Counted from the stretch's first letter, positions 46,515-56,354 are shown. The stretch: DNA of 64,000 bases from Vicinamibacterales bacterium (GCA_965208535.1 CBDBOU010000003.1:282623-346622), one strand, 5' to 3'. A program made the numbers and translations. The notes: a model not told the origin generated them from the letters alone.

Positions 46515-46710
46515 CGGGAGATCGTAGAACGCGAACGCGTGCTTTGGCGCCAGGGGAGGGCCCCGGCAGGCTCGCCCGGCGGCATTGGGGCCGCCGGCTA
46601 CGAGCGTCGGACGGCGTGAGACCGACCGGATTGGGAAGGCCGGGCACCGGAACCGGACGCGCTCGCCGATGCGCCCGGTTCCGGTCCGTGTCCGTAACGG
46701 CAGGTCCCGC

Positions 46711-48336
46711 CTAATCGGCGAGGCCGAACGTGAAGACGACGTTGCCGGCCGCGATCGAGACGTACTGCTGCCCGTCGACCGCGTAGCTGATGGGCGCCGA
46801 GTGGACGCGGGCGCCCACCGTCATGTGCCAGAGCTCCTCGCCGCTGACCGCGTCGATGGCGAAGAAGTAGCCGTCCACGGTGCCGCCGAAGACGAGGTCG
46901 CCGGCCGTGGACATCAGTCCGGAGGTCGACCGCGGGGCGATCGGGTACTCCCAGCGGATGTCGCCCGTCGCCGGATCGATGGCGCGGACCGCGCTGTGGT
47001 AGTTGTCGATCGGGCCGGCGCTCTCGCCGCCGCCCCCGAGGTACTGCTCGCCCTCGACGTACTCCTCCTCGCGGATGAAGTAGATCTGTTCGCCGTCGAA
47101 CGCGTTGACGTAGTACAGGCCGGTGCGCGGGCTGAAGGTGGGCGACCACCAGTTGGTGCCGCCGCCGATGGTCGGCGAGACGAGCGTGCCTTCGACCGAC
47201 GGCTCCATGTTGGGCACGCGGATCGGACGGCCGTTCTCGTCGAGCCCTTCCGCCCAGGTCTGCAGGGCGTAGGGCTTGCCGACGAGGAACTCGCCGGTCT
47301 CACGGTCGAGCGTGTAGTAGAAGGCGTTGCGGTTGGCCCACATCATGACCCTCCGCATCTCGCCCTCGTACATGATGTCGCCGATGACCGGCACCTGGAT
47401 GGCGTCCCAGTCGTGGATGTCGTGCGGCGTGAACTGGAAGTACCACTCCAGGTTGCCGTCCTCGCCGTTCAGGGCGAGCACCGAGTCGGAGTAGAGGTTG
47501 TCGCCCAGGCGCACCTCGCCGTTCCAGTCGGGTCCGGGATTGCCGGTGCCCCAGTAGACGAGGTCGAGGTCGGGATCGTAGGTGCCGGTGATCCAGGTCG
47601 GCGATCCGCCGGTCCGCCACGACTCGCCGAGCCAGGTCTGGTTCCCCGGCTCGTCCGGACCGGGGATGGTGTAGGTGCGCCAGTTGCGCGCTCCGCTCGC
47701 CGGGTCGTAGGAATCGAGGAAGCCGCGGATGCCGTACTCGCCGCCCGCGATCCCCGTGATGACCTGATCCTTGACCACCAGCGGCGCCGCCGTCTTGCTG
47801 TAGCCGCTGTCGTGCGGGGCGGTCTCGGTGTCCCAGACCAGGTTGCCGGTGCGCGCGTCGATGGCGACGATGTGCGCGTCGAGCGTGCTCATGAAGAGCG
47901 TCTCGCCGAGGATGGCCACGCCCCGGTTGTTGCGCCCGCAGCAGATGCGCAGGTCGTCCGGCAGCTCATGGTCGTAGCGCCAGTACTGGCGGCCGGTCGC
48001 CGCGTCGAGGGCCACGACGTTGCTCGGCGCCTCGGTGACGAACATCACCCCGTCGACGACGAGCGGCGTGGTCTCCGCCCGATCGATCTCCGGGATCTGG
48101 TAGGCCCACTTCAACACGAGGTTGCCGACGTTGCGGTTGTGGATCCGATCGAGTCGGCTGTACCGCTGGCTGTCGAGCGTGCCCGAGTACATCAGCCAGT
48201 TCTCCGGCTCGTCCGCCGCGTTCAGCAGCCGCTCCCAGGTAACCGGACGCAGCGAGGGGCCCTCGTCGTCCTGAGCCACGGCCGCCGCCGGCAACGCCAG
48301 CGCAATCGACACGAGTATCGTCGCAAATCGTTTCAT
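46711..48336 (-). CDS. PQQ-dependent alcohol dehydrogenase (methanol/ethanol family quinoprotein)
   Basis: 541 aa starting at MKRFATIL, inside ORF 46711..48990. The vicinal disulfide RICCGRNN and W-rich 8-blade propeller motifs are present, with the active-site region PHDIHDWDA. Confidence 0.9.
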   Translation of the reverse strand: MKRFATILVSIALALPAAAVAQDDEGPSLRPVTWERLLNAADEPENWLMYSGTLDSQRYSRLDRIHNRNVGNLVLKWAYQIPEIDRAETTPLVVDGVMFVTEAPSNVVALDAATGRQYWRYDHELPDDLRICCGRNNRGVAILGETLFMSTLDAHIVAIDARTGNLVWDTETAPHDSGYSKTAAPLVVKDQVITGIAGGEYGIRGFLDSYDPASGARNWRTYTIPGPDEPGNQTWLGESWRTGGSPTWITGTYDPDLDLVYWGTGNPGPDWNGEVRLGDNLYSDSVLALNGEDGNLEWYFQFTPHDIHDWDAIQVPVIGDIMYEGEMRRVMMWANRNAFYYTLDRETGEFLVGKPYALQTWAEGLDENGRPIRVPNMEPSVEGTLVSPTIGGGTNWWSPTFSPRTGLYYVNAFDGEQIYFIREEEYVEGEQYLGGGGESAGPIDNYHSAVRAIDPATGDIRWEYPIAPRSTSGLMSTAGDLVFGGTVDGYFFAIDAVSGEELWHMTVGARVHSAPISYAVDGQQYVSIAAGNVVFTFGLAD

Positions 48337-48338
48337 CT

Positions 48339-49142
48339 TCAGCTCTCCCTGCGCAGCGAGAAGAGGTAGGCGACCAGGTCGTCCAGGTCGCTCGCGCTCA
48401 CATCCTCGGCGGCCGGCATGGTGGAGGTCTTGACCTGCTCGACCGAGCGGACCTCGCTCTTGATGAAGCTCCAGAGGTTCTCGTCGGCATCCATGATGCG
48501 GACCGTGAACGTGTCCTCGTTCATCCGCAGCCCTTCTATCGTCGAGCCGTCGGCCCGGTTGATGCGCATCGTCCACCAGCGCGGAGCCACCTCGGCGTCC
48601 GGATCGCTGAGGGAGGTCGCCAGCTCGTCCGGGTCGAGCCGGCTGCCGACGGTCGACAGGTCGGGGCCGGTCCGGCCGCCCTCGCCGCCGATCATGTGGC
48701 AGGTCGCGCAATTCGCGCCGGCGTAGACCTGCTCGCCGCGCGCGGCATCGCCGGGCAGGTCGTAGTCGCCCGGATCGAGATTCAGCGAGTTGATGTAGGA
48801 GACGATCTGCCAGACCGACTGATCGGACGCGCGGGGGCTGATGCCGATCATCGCCGTGCCGTCGATGCCCTCGCGGATCACGTCGAACATGCCGGCGTCG
48901 GAGCTCACCCGGGAGAACTGGCCGGTCGTCAGATCCGGCGCGCCGGTCTCGTCGTTGCCGCGGGCGTCGCGGCCGTGGCAGCGCCCGCACTGGGCGCGGA
49001 ATACCCGCTCGCCCATGCGGACGTCGATCGGCGTGACGTACTCGTTTTCCTGGGCCTCGGCCGGCGCGGCGGGCCCGGTGGCGACGACCAGGGCGGCGGC
49101 CAGCGCGGCCTGGATCAGCGCGACGAAGAGTGCTTTGCGCAT
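48339..49142 (-). CDS. Di-heme c-type cytochrome
   Basis: 267 aa starting at MRKALFVAL, with GGAGG upstream. Two CXXCH motifs are present (CGRCH and CATCH). It ends 3 nt before the PQQ-ADH start. Confidence 0.85.
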   Translation of the reverse strand: MRKALFVALIQAALAAALVVATGPAAPAEAQENEYVTPIDVRMGERVFRAQCGRCHGRDARGNDETGAPDLTTGQFSRVSSDAGMFDVIREGIDGTAMIGISPRASDQSVWQIVSYINSLNLDPGDYDLPGDAARGEQVYAGANCATCHMIGGEGGRTGPDLSTVGSRLDPDELATSLSDPDAEVAPRWWTMRINRADGSTIEGLRMNEDTFTVRIMDADENLWSFIKSEVRSVEQVKTSTMPAAEDVSASDLDDLVAYLFSLRRES

Positions 49143-49181
49143 CCTGCTACCTCCGAGGAACAAAGTGCAGGGAATGATAAT

Positions 49182-49424
49182 TCAGAAACCCGCCGCCGCC
49201 GACAGCAGGACGCCGCGCAGCATCCGCAAGGCGAACAGCAGCACGAGCGGCGAGAAGTCGAGCCCGCCCATGTCGGGGAGCACCGAGCGGATCGGGCCGA
49301 GCAGGGGCTCGGTCATGGAGTACAGGAAGTTGCCGATGGGGTTGTCGGGCGGAATCTGGACCCAGGAGGCGATTACCGCGCCGAGGACGATCATCGAGTA
49401 GACGTCGAGAAGAACTATGAGCAT
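49182..49424 (-). CDS. yggT: YggT-family small membrane protein
   Basis: 80 aa. The pattern ...VIASWV...NP....L...TEPLL.PIR..LP..GG.DFSPLV is present. Confidence 0.8.
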   Translation of the reverse strand: MLIVLLDVYSMIVLGAVIASWVQIPPDNPIGNFLYSMTEPLLGPIRSVLPDMGGLDFSPLVLLFALRMLRGVLLSAAAGF

Positions 49425-49497
49425 GGCGATTCAGGACTGGACGAGGATCCGAGCTTGCTGAATCCGAATCCATCACGGATCATACAAGGCTTAAGCG

Positions 49498-49998
49498 ATG
49501 AAGACGCTGCTGGTTCTGCGGCACGCGAAGTCGAGCTGGAAGCATCCGGAGACGTCCGACCACGACCGGCCTCTGAACAAGCGCGGCAAGCGGGACGCGC
49601 CGCGGATGGGGCGGCTGGTGGCCTCGCAGGGACTGCGTCCGGACGTCATCGTCAGCTCCACCGCCAAGCGCGCGCGCAGGACCGCCGACGAGGTGGCCCA
49701 GCACGCCGGCTACGAGGGGGCCGTGCAGCTCGATCGCCGACTGTATCTCGCCAGCCCGGACGAGATCGTCGACGTCGTACGCGGCACGGCCGGCGGCGCG
49801 CGGCGCGTCATGGTCGTTGGTCACAACCCCGGCCTCGAGGATCTGGTCGCGCGCCTGGCGAAACGCTCGGAGACGCTTCCGACCGCCGCCCTGGCCGAGA
49901 TTCGCCTGTCGATCCGGTCCTGGAAGGAACTGAAGACGTCGAGCTCGGGCACCCTGGCCGGGCTGTGGCGTCCCCGCGAGCTGCCCGACGAAACCTGA
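49498..49998 (+). CDS. Histidine phosphatase family protein (SixA-like, second copy)
   Basis: 166 aa. LLVLRHAKS is the RHG-type motif, and VVGHNPG is present. Confidence 0.8.
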   Translation: MKTLLVLRHAKSSWKHPETSDHDRPLNKRGKRDAPRMGRLVASQGLRPDVIVSSTAKRARRTADEVAQHAGYEGAVQLDRRLYLASPDEIVDVVRGTAGGARRVMVVGHNPGLEDLVARLAKRSETLPTAALAEIRLSIRSWKELKTSSSGTLAGLWRPRELPDET

Positions 49999-50008
49999 TT
50001 GCGCTAGC

Positions 50009-50164
50009 AGCCCGTGGCAAAAGCCCCGCTGCATTCGAGCGGCGATGCATCCCGCGTGGACTGCGTTGCTCCTCGGTCGAATATGCCCAATATGGTCCCT
50101 CGTCGCGCCTTGCCACGCGGGCGCCTCGCCGCTCTCGATGCGACGCGGGGTTTCGCCACGGACT
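50009..50164 (+). mobile_element. ~155 bp foldback (MITE/REP-like) element, copy 1
   Basis: Terminal inverted repeats are CCGTGGCAAAAGCCCCGC and GCGGGGTTTCGCCACGG. Inner arms are also complementary, totalling about 40 bp. It is 151/153 identical to 63848..64000. Confidence 0.75.
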
Positions 50165-50165
50165 C

Positions 50166-51293
50166 CTAGGGTCCGCTTGGCCGAGTCCCTGTCTCATCGA
50201 CTTCGTCTTCAGCTTCGGCCGCGGCCGCTTCGCGAGCCTCTTCCCGTTCCACCGCCAGCTCGTCGTACAGGTCGGCAAAGCTCTGCGATGCGAATGGACC
50301 CTCGGGCACGAACGGCCAGTCGAGGTCCGCGGTTTGCAGCAGGGGCAGCGCCGCCTCCCGCGCCACGTTGCGATACAGGAGCTGCATCGCGCGCATCCGC
50401 AGCGTGACGAGACGATCGCGGAATACCTGCACGTCGCGTCTGGTCAGGGGCGGCCCGGCTCCCGGAATGGCGATCTCGAACTCGAGAGCGAGAATGCCGT
50501 CCAGCGATTCGACCCATCCGCGGCTGCTTCCTCCTGCCGCGTAGTCGATGAAGGGCATGCCCCGGACGACGAGATCGCCGGCGTAGAGCACACCCAGATC
50601 GGGGAACAGGACCGCGGCGTCGCCGGCGGTGTGCGCCGGGGCGAAGTGATGGAGCTGAACCTCGGCCTCGCCCGGGAACAGCGCCAGCCCGCGGGTGAAC
50701 GTCAGGTCCGGGGGCTCCGCCAGCGTTCGGACGCCGGCCGCGGGGGGAAGGGACTCTGCCAGCTCGGGAGCGACGATCTGCGCATTCCGCCAGGGTGCGG
50801 GCAGGGCCACCGGCTCTTCGACGTGCCGGTGCGTCCGGAGCACGTAGCGGACCGGCCGGTCGGTGACGCCCGCGATCCGGGCGGCGATCGTGTCGGCCGC
50901 GTCCGTCAACTCGCCCGCGATGACGACGCCTTCCGCGGTGACTCGCGCCACCAGGTTGCCGCCGTACCCGGTGGCGAGGTACAGGCCTTCCACCAGCTCT
51001 TCGACTCCCGGCGCAGGTGGCCCGACCAGCCACGGCGGCTCCGGCGGACCGACGAACAGCATGGGGTCGAACCTGTCGCCGGCGTCTCCATCGTCCGGCT
51101 GCGCAGACGCACCGGGCGCGGCGGTGACGGAAACCGGCGGCTGCGGCCGCGGGGCGGGGCCCGCTCCGGCGGCCGGGAGGTCCGTGCCCGAGGCGGCCAG
51201 CACAACGCCGATCGCGCAAGCCAGCCGGTGCACAACCGGTGCGCGGACTACGCCGCCCGCGCTGGAGCGGCCGTCAGTTCGCGGTCTTGACAT
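50166..51293 (-). CDS. Metallo-beta-lactamase-fold protein with divergent metal motif, secreted
   Basis: THRHVEE stands in place of HxHxDH, followed by HHFAPAHTAGD. The tail is acidic. The start is uncertain: 51293 overlaps the upstream gene by 20 nt, and GTG near 51250 is the alternative. Confidence 0.65.
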   Translation of the reverse strand: MSRPRTDGRSSAGGVVRAPVVHRLACAIGVVLAASGTDLPAAGAGPAPRPQPPVSVTAAPGASAQPDDGDAGDRFDPMLFVGPPEPPWLVGPPAPGVEELVEGLYLATGYGGNLVARVTAEGVVIAGELTDAADTIAARIAGVTDRPVRYVLRTHRHVEEPVALPAPWRNAQIVAPELAESLPPAAGVRTLAEPPDLTFTRGLALFPGEAEVQLHHFAPAHTAGDAAVLFPDLGVLYAGDLVVRGMPFIDYAAGGSSRGWVESLDGILALEFEIAIPGAGPPLTRRDVQVFRDRLVTLRMRAMQLLYRNVAREAALPLLQTADLDWPFVPEGPFASQSFADLYDELAVEREEAREAAAAEAEDEVDETGTRPSGP

Positions 51294-52746
51294 CCTCGTA
51301 CATCAGCTCGCCCTGCTCGTCGAAGAAACGGAACGCGGCCGTTGCCGGGTCGCCGGGCGTGATCACGACGTTCAGGAAGCCGCCGGTCGGCTCGTCGTAG
51401 GTGTAGTACTGCATCACGAGCGCGTCCGGATCGTTCGAGTCCGGGTCCCCCGGGGCGCGCCCGACGCGCGAGTTGGCGTCGACGAGGGCGCCGGTCGAGA
51501 ACTCCTCGAAACCGGTCGGGTCGAGCGAGTGGTACTGCCAGTGGCGGTCGCCGGTCACGATGTAGAAGTTCTTTTCGAGGAAGCCGTTCTCGATGAGCCA
51601 GGCGAACAGCTCGTCCCGCTCATGCCGGAAGCCGCCCGGATTCGAGTGGTTGTCGCGCTTGACCGGATCGTGGTTCTCCGCCGCCCGGCCGGCCTGGTCG
51701 GCGTCGTCCGGGCCGACCATCGGCGTCGGCGAGATCAGGATCTTGAACGTCGCGTCGCTCTCCAGCAGGGTCCGCTGGAACCAGGCGACCTGCTCTTCGC
51801 CCCACAGCGTCTTGCCGGGGCCCGGCTCCATCATGTTGGGGCTGCGGTAGTCGCGCCCCTCGACCAGCCAGATCTGCAGGTCGCGGCTGACCCGGTGCGT
51901 GCGATAGGTCACCGGGTCCGGATCGTTCGGATCCACGACCGGCACCTGCTCCAGGAACATGCGCCGGCCGAGGTCGGGCAGCGGCGCCGCGTCGCTCGTG
52001 TTATCGCAGTCGTTGTAGCGGTAGTCGTGGTCGTCCTTCTCCCAGTAGGTCGGCGTGTCGGTGAAGAAGTCGATGAAGCGCTGCTTCGAAAGCTGCTGGT
52101 GCCACTTCCGGCGCATCGTGGGCGCGGTGTCGGCCCGCCCCTCGTAAGGCGCGTCGTAGTAGACGTTGTCGCCGGTCGCCACGAAGAAGTCCGGCTCGAG
52201 GGCGAGCATGGACGCCAGCCCCGGGAAGCCGAGATCCCGGTCCGGTCCGGTGTAGGCGCGGTTCGGGTTGTCGTAGAACTGGTAGTAGTTCATGCCGGTG
52301 ACGACGGTGAAGCTGGTGCGCGCTTCGCCGTCCGCCCCCGGATGCGTCGCGAACGACCGCGTCGCCCCGCTCTCGGTGTGTTCCGGGTCGGGGCCGTAGA
52401 CCACGCGGTAGAGATAGTCCGTACCCGGCGTGAGCCCTTCCACTTTCACCTTGACGATGTGGTCGGTGTCGGCGGTGGCGGCGAGCCACTCGGTCGTGAT
52501 CGGATCGGCGAAGTCGGGGTCCGTCGTCACCTCGAACCGCGCGACCCCGTCCACCCCGGGAAGATCGCCGTCGACCCAGCCCGCCTTCGAGGTGAGCCGC
52601 GACTGCAGGATGACCGACGTGGAGGTCACCTCGCCGGCTATCTCGCCCTGGCCGTTGGTCATCAGGATCTCGACCGGCTCGGCGCCGCCGCAGGCAGCCG
52701 CGGCCGCCGCGACGAGTGCGAAACCAAAAAGGCGCAAGCGTGTCAT
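51274..52746 (-). CDS. PhoD-like phosphatase lipoprotein (second PhoD-family gene)
   Basis: 490 aa. The lipobox AAAAACG and metallophosphatase motifs ATGDNVYYD, EKDDHDY and VTGDRHW are present. Confidence 0.85.
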   Translation of the reverse strand: MTRLRLFGFALVAAAAAACGGAEPVEILMTNGQGEIAGEVTSTSVILQSRLTSKAGWVDGDLPGVDGVARFEVTTDPDFADPITTEWLAATADTDHIVKVKVEGLTPGTDYLYRVVYGPDPEHTESGATRSFATHPGADGEARTSFTVVTGMNYYQFYDNPNRAYTGPDRDLGFPGLASMLALEPDFFVATGDNVYYDAPYEGRADTAPTMRRKWHQQLSKQRFIDFFTDTPTYWEKDDHDYRYNDCDNTSDAAPLPDLGRRMFLEQVPVVDPNDPDPVTYRTHRVSRDLQIWLVEGRDYRSPNMMEPGPGKTLWGEEQVAWFQRTLLESDATFKILISPTPMVGPDDADQAGRAAENHDPVKRDNHSNPGGFRHERDELFAWLIENGFLEKNFYIVTGDRHWQYHSLDPTGFEEFSTGALVDANSRVGRAPGDPDSNDPDALVMQYYTYDEPTGGFLNVVITPGDPATAAFRFFDEQGELMYEDVKTAN

Positions 52747-52755
52747 CTGTCTCTC

Positions 52756-54408
52756 CTACAGGCGCGTGGACCGCAACTCCTCCGCGAGGTAGTCGGCGGC
52801 CCGCCAGGCGAGGGCGAGAATCGTCAGCGTCGGGTTCTTCTCCGACGCGGTGGTGAACGACGAGCCGTCGACGACGAAGACGTTGTCGACCTCGTGCATC
52901 CGGTTGAAGCGGTTCAGCACCGAGCGCGCGGGATCCGCTCCCATGCGGACCGTGCCGTGCTCGTGGATGGCCGCGCCGGGCGGATCGTGCTCGTCCGGGC
53001 CCGCGGGGACCATCTCGGCCCCGGCGGTATGCAGAATCTCGTCGGCCACCCGGTGCATGTGGCGCACCATCTTCATCTCGTTGTCGCTGAACCGGACGTC
53101 GATGTGCATCAGCGGCACGCCGTAACGGTCGGTGCGGTCCGGATCGACGGTCACCCGGTTCTCGGGCCGCGGCAGCATCTCGCCGTAGGGATGGAGCGAG
53201 GCGAGCGCGGGGTAGCGTTCTCTGACGCGCCGCTTGAAGCCCGCCCCGAACTCCAGCCCCGGCATGCGCTCGGCGACGTTGACGCCGGTCGTCTGGCAGC
53301 CGTTCATCCACATCTGGATGCCGAAGCCGCGCAGGTAGTCGAGGCCGCCGATGCGATGGTTGAAGCGCGGGATGTAGGTGTGGCCGCCGCCGATGCCGTC
53401 GTCGTTCGTGTAGCCGCGGCCGAAGAGCTGGGGCAGGAAGCCGTGGCGGTGGAAGCGGACCTGCTCGCAGTAGTTCCGTCCCAACTGGTCGTTGCCGTTG
53501 CCGAGGCCGTTCGGGTGCCGACTCGACTTCGAGTTGAGCAGGATACGGGTGGAGTCCATCGCCGAGGCGGCCACCACCACGGTGCGCGCCCGGACGTGGC
53601 GCTCGGCGCCGCTCCGGCGCTCGAAGTACTGCACGCCCGAGGCCCGGCCCTCGGCGTCGGTCGTCACCCGCGCCGCGACCGCGCCCGAGACGATCTCCAG
53701 GCGCCCGGTCTCGATGGCCGGCAGCAGCAGGTAGTCGGTGGCGTTGAAGTAGGAGGCGGTCCGGCAGCCGGCGCCGCACGAGCCGCAGTAGTGGCATGCC
53801 GCGCGGCCGTTGTGCGGGCGCGTCAGCACCGCGCGGCGGATCGGCACGCTCGGGATGCCGAGGCGCTCGGCCGCGCGGGTGAGGATCACCTCCGTGCAGC
53901 GCGGCCGGACCGGCGGTAGGTGATAGCGGCTGCCGGGCAGCGAGTCCGAGTCGTCGTCGCCGCCGGTGACGCCGATGAGCTGCTCCACCCGGTCGTAGTA
54001 CGGCGCGATGTCGGCGTAGCGGATTGGCCACGGGATGTCCCAGCCGTCCCGCTCCGGGCCGGCGAAGTCGAGGTCGGCCATCCGCAGGCTGACCCGCCCC
54101 CAGACATTGGTCTTGCCGCCCCATCCCCAGGTGCGGTAGAGCTCGAACGGCCGGCCTTCCGGCGTCAGGTACGGCTGCTCGCGCGTGTCGAGCCGGAACT
54201 GCTGCGGCCGGTCGCCCTGCTGCAGACGCCGGTCCGCCTCGAAGGGCAGCACGTGCGCCCACGACAGGCTGCGGTCGAACTTCCAGCCGGCGTCGAGCAT
54301 CAGCACGCGGACGCCGTGCTCGACCAGGGCGTGGGCCGCCATCGCGCCGGAAGCGCCGCTGCCGATGACGACGACGTCGTGAACCTCGCCGCGCTGCAGG
54401 ACTTCCAT
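52756..54408 (-). CDS. GMC-family FAD-dependent oxidoreductase
   Basis: 550 aa starting at MEVLQRGEVHDVVVIGSGASGA, inside ORF 52756..54966. The C-terminal motif HEHGTVRMG...VVDGS is present. Confidence 0.88.
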   Translation of the reverse strand: MEVLQRGEVHDVVVIGSGASGAMAAHALVEHGVRVLMLDAGWKFDRSLSWAHVLPFEADRRLQQGDRPQQFRLDTREQPYLTPEGRPFELYRTWGWGGKTNVWGRVSLRMADLDFAGPERDGWDIPWPIRYADIAPYYDRVEQLIGVTGGDDDSDSLPGSRYHLPPVRPRCTEVILTRAAERLGIPSVPIRRAVLTRPHNGRAACHYCGSCGAGCRTASYFNATDYLLLPAIETGRLEIVSGAVAARVTTDAEGRASGVQYFERRSGAERHVRARTVVVAASAMDSTRILLNSKSSRHPNGLGNGNDQLGRNYCEQVRFHRHGFLPQLFGRGYTNDDGIGGGHTYIPRFNHRIGGLDYLRGFGIQMWMNGCQTTGVNVAERMPGLEFGAGFKRRVRERYPALASLHPYGEMLPRPENRVTVDPDRTDRYGVPLMHIDVRFSDNEMKMVRHMHRVADEILHTAGAEMVPAGPDEHDPPGAAIHEHGTVRMGADPARSVLNRFNRMHEVDNVFVVDGSSFTTASEKNPTLTILALAWRAADYLAEELRSTRL

Positions 54409-54413
54409 GGCGG

Positions 54414-55052
54414 TCACCGGCCTCCGGCGGGCGGATTGGCCGTGCGCTCCGGCTCCCACGACAGGTGCTCGTCGTGGGTGCAGCCTTCGAACGACGTCAG
54501 GTATTGCTTGCCGTCGTAGCCGAGCTCCTCGCGCATGCCGATCTCCGAGCGGTAGTAGCCGTGGATGGTGAGCCGCCGCGTCTGGCGGAAGAACTCGACG
54601 CCCGCGGTTTCCTCGACTGCCGGATCGGCGGCCAGCCGTTCGAGCAGCGCGGTCTGGTTTGCGCTCGGCTCGTCGAGGAAGCGCCCGCCGTAGAGCGCGG
54701 CGCTGCGCCGGTCGAGCCAGACGAGCCCGTCGCGCATGACGGTCGGTAGCGCGGCATCGTCCGCGCCGTCGTTGCCGTCGGCGGCGCGGCTGACGATCCA
54801 GTCGATGTACTGGTGCACGTTGGCCGCCCGCGCGCCCGGCGTGTCGGTCTCCGGGATGATCAGCTCGGCCAGCGTTTCGACGGCGGCGCTCTCGTCCGCG
54901 GTGAAGAAGCGGGGCCGCCACGGGCCGCCGTCTTCCTGCGGCGGGACGAGGGGATGAAACATCCACGCTCCCTCGGCAACCGCCGGCGCGACGGTCGCCG
55001 CGCCCAGGACCTTCAGCGCTTGCCGCCGGGGAACCGCTGGGGACTTCGACAT
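54414..55052 (-). CDS. Gluconate 2-dehydrogenase subunit 3-family protein (small Tat-exported partner of the GMC enzyme)
   Basis: Starts MSKSPAVPRRQALKVLG (Tat signal). It is adjacent to the GMC oxidoreductase with a 5 nt gap. Confidence 0.75.
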   Translation of the reverse strand: MSKSPAVPRRQALKVLGAATVAPAVAEGAWMFHPLVPPQEDGGPWRPRFFTADESAAVETLAELIIPETDTPGARAANVHQYIDWIVSRAADGNDGADDAALPTVMRDGLVWLDRRSAALYGGRFLDEPSANQTALLERLAADPAVEETAGVEFFRQTRRLTIHGYYRSEIGMREELGYDGKQYLTSFEGCTHDEHLSWEPERTANPPAGGR

Positions 55053-55172
55053 GCGCGACTCCAATCTCCTACTGCGCAGACGGTATCACGGCGCGCCGTG
55101 CCGCCGGCAGAAGGGGTGCAATCCGGGTGGGAGCGCCCGCTCGACGCGGCGGCGGCGCCGCGGGAACGCAGG

Positions 55173-56354
55173 TCAGCGCACGAGCTGCCCGTCGCGCACC
55201 CAGACCTCGTCCCCCACGGTCACTGTCGTGTCGGTGAAGAAGTTCCAGCGGACGTAGCCGCCGGTGACCGTTCCACCCAGCTCGGAGTTGTCGCCCAGCG
55301 AGAGGCGCACGATGCCCGCACCGTAGCCGTAGTACGCGATCCAGGGGTTGCGCTCGGGCACGGCGAGCAACGGGTTGAACCCCAGCGCGAACTCGCGGAA
55401 CGCGCGTGCCTCCTCGGGGACCCCGGCCAGCTCTGCCTCGGCGGCCTCCTGCCCGGACTCGGCCGTCATGCCGGCCACGCGGCCGTTCTCGATGCGCACG
55501 GCGAGGCCCGTGACCGGGCGGCCGTCCCACTGAGACGGAGGAAAGACGATGACGCCGTTGACGCTCTCCTCGATGGGGGCCACCCGGACGGCGCCGGACG
55601 GTAGCTCGATCTCGCGGTCGATCAGGATCACCCCCCGGTCGGTCCGTTCCTTCGCGGCGTTGCCGTCGCCGAAGTGCACCGGCCGGTCGCCGATGCGGAA
55701 GCGGATGTCGGTGCCGAGCGGCGAGGTGACCCGCACCTCGGCCCCGCGCATCGCGTCGACGAAGCGCTGCTGCGCCGCGGTCAGCCCGGCGTAGTCGGTC
55801 TCGAGCAGCGCCCGCTGGTAGGTGGCGTCGATGACCGCCTGACCCGGCAGCGGCTGTCCAGGGAGCGGGAACGCGCTGCCGTTCTGGGTCCAGTGGAAGT
55901 GGATGGTGCGGCCGATGCCCTCGTGCAGCAGGTCCTGCAGCGCCGCGTAGACGGCGTGGTCGGGTCGTGTCCCCGGCAGCATGATTGCCCCGTCGAAGTC
56001 GCGCAGCATCTCGCGATACAGGGCGCGCGCCGCGTCGTTGTTGCGCGCCAGCCGGTCGGCGTCCCAGCCGGTCGGGTACGGCTCCTCGATGACGTCGATC
56101 ACCCCGAGGTCGATGGCCCCGGCCCGCATCAGCGCGTAGCGCAACGGCGGGATCAGCTCGTCGAACTGCCCGGGACGCGCGACCAGCAGGATCTTCTCGC
56201 CGGGTTCGGGCGCGAGCCGCGTCACGAGCTGCTCGGCCATGGCCTCCCAGTCCATGGTCAGGCGGGGTTGGGCGCCCGCCGTCGCAGCGCACAGGATTAC
56301 CCCAGCGACGGTGGCGAGGATGGCGGTGGCGGTCCTTGCGATGGTCTGCATCAT
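55173..56354 (-). CDS. Aminopeptidase, M29 (thermophilic metalloprotease/AmpS)-like, secreted
   Basis: Starts MMQTIARTATAILA, a signal peptide, inside ORF 55173..56414. The family call rests on overall composition and length only. Confidence 0.55.
   Translation of the reverse strand: MMQTIARTATAILATVAGVILCAATAGAQPRLTMDWEAMAEQLVTRLAPEPGEKILLVARPGQFDELIPPLRYALMRAGAIDLGVIDVIEEPYPTGWDADRLARNNDAARALYREMLRDFDGAIMLPGTRPDHAVYAALQDLLHEGIGRTIHFHWTQNGSAFPLPGQPLPGQAVIDATYQRALLETDYAGLTAAQQRFVDAMRGAEVRVTSPLGTDIRFRIGDRPVHFGDGNAAKERTDRGVILIDREIELPSGAVRVAPIEESVNGVIVFPPSQWDGRPVTGLAVRIENGRVAGMTAESGQEAAEAELAGVPEEARAFREFALGFNPLLAVPERNPWIAYYGYGAGIVRLSLGDNSELGGTVTGGYVRWNFFTDTTVTVGDEVWVRDGQLVR

Noticed and set aside
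49480-50407. ORFs generated by the foldback element: 49480..50034 and 50045..50407, with their counterparts 63404..63955 and 60638..60970.
   Set aside because: The same peptide fragments recur only because the DNA repeat recurs. They have no coding periodicity, and their ends differ according to the flanking DNA.
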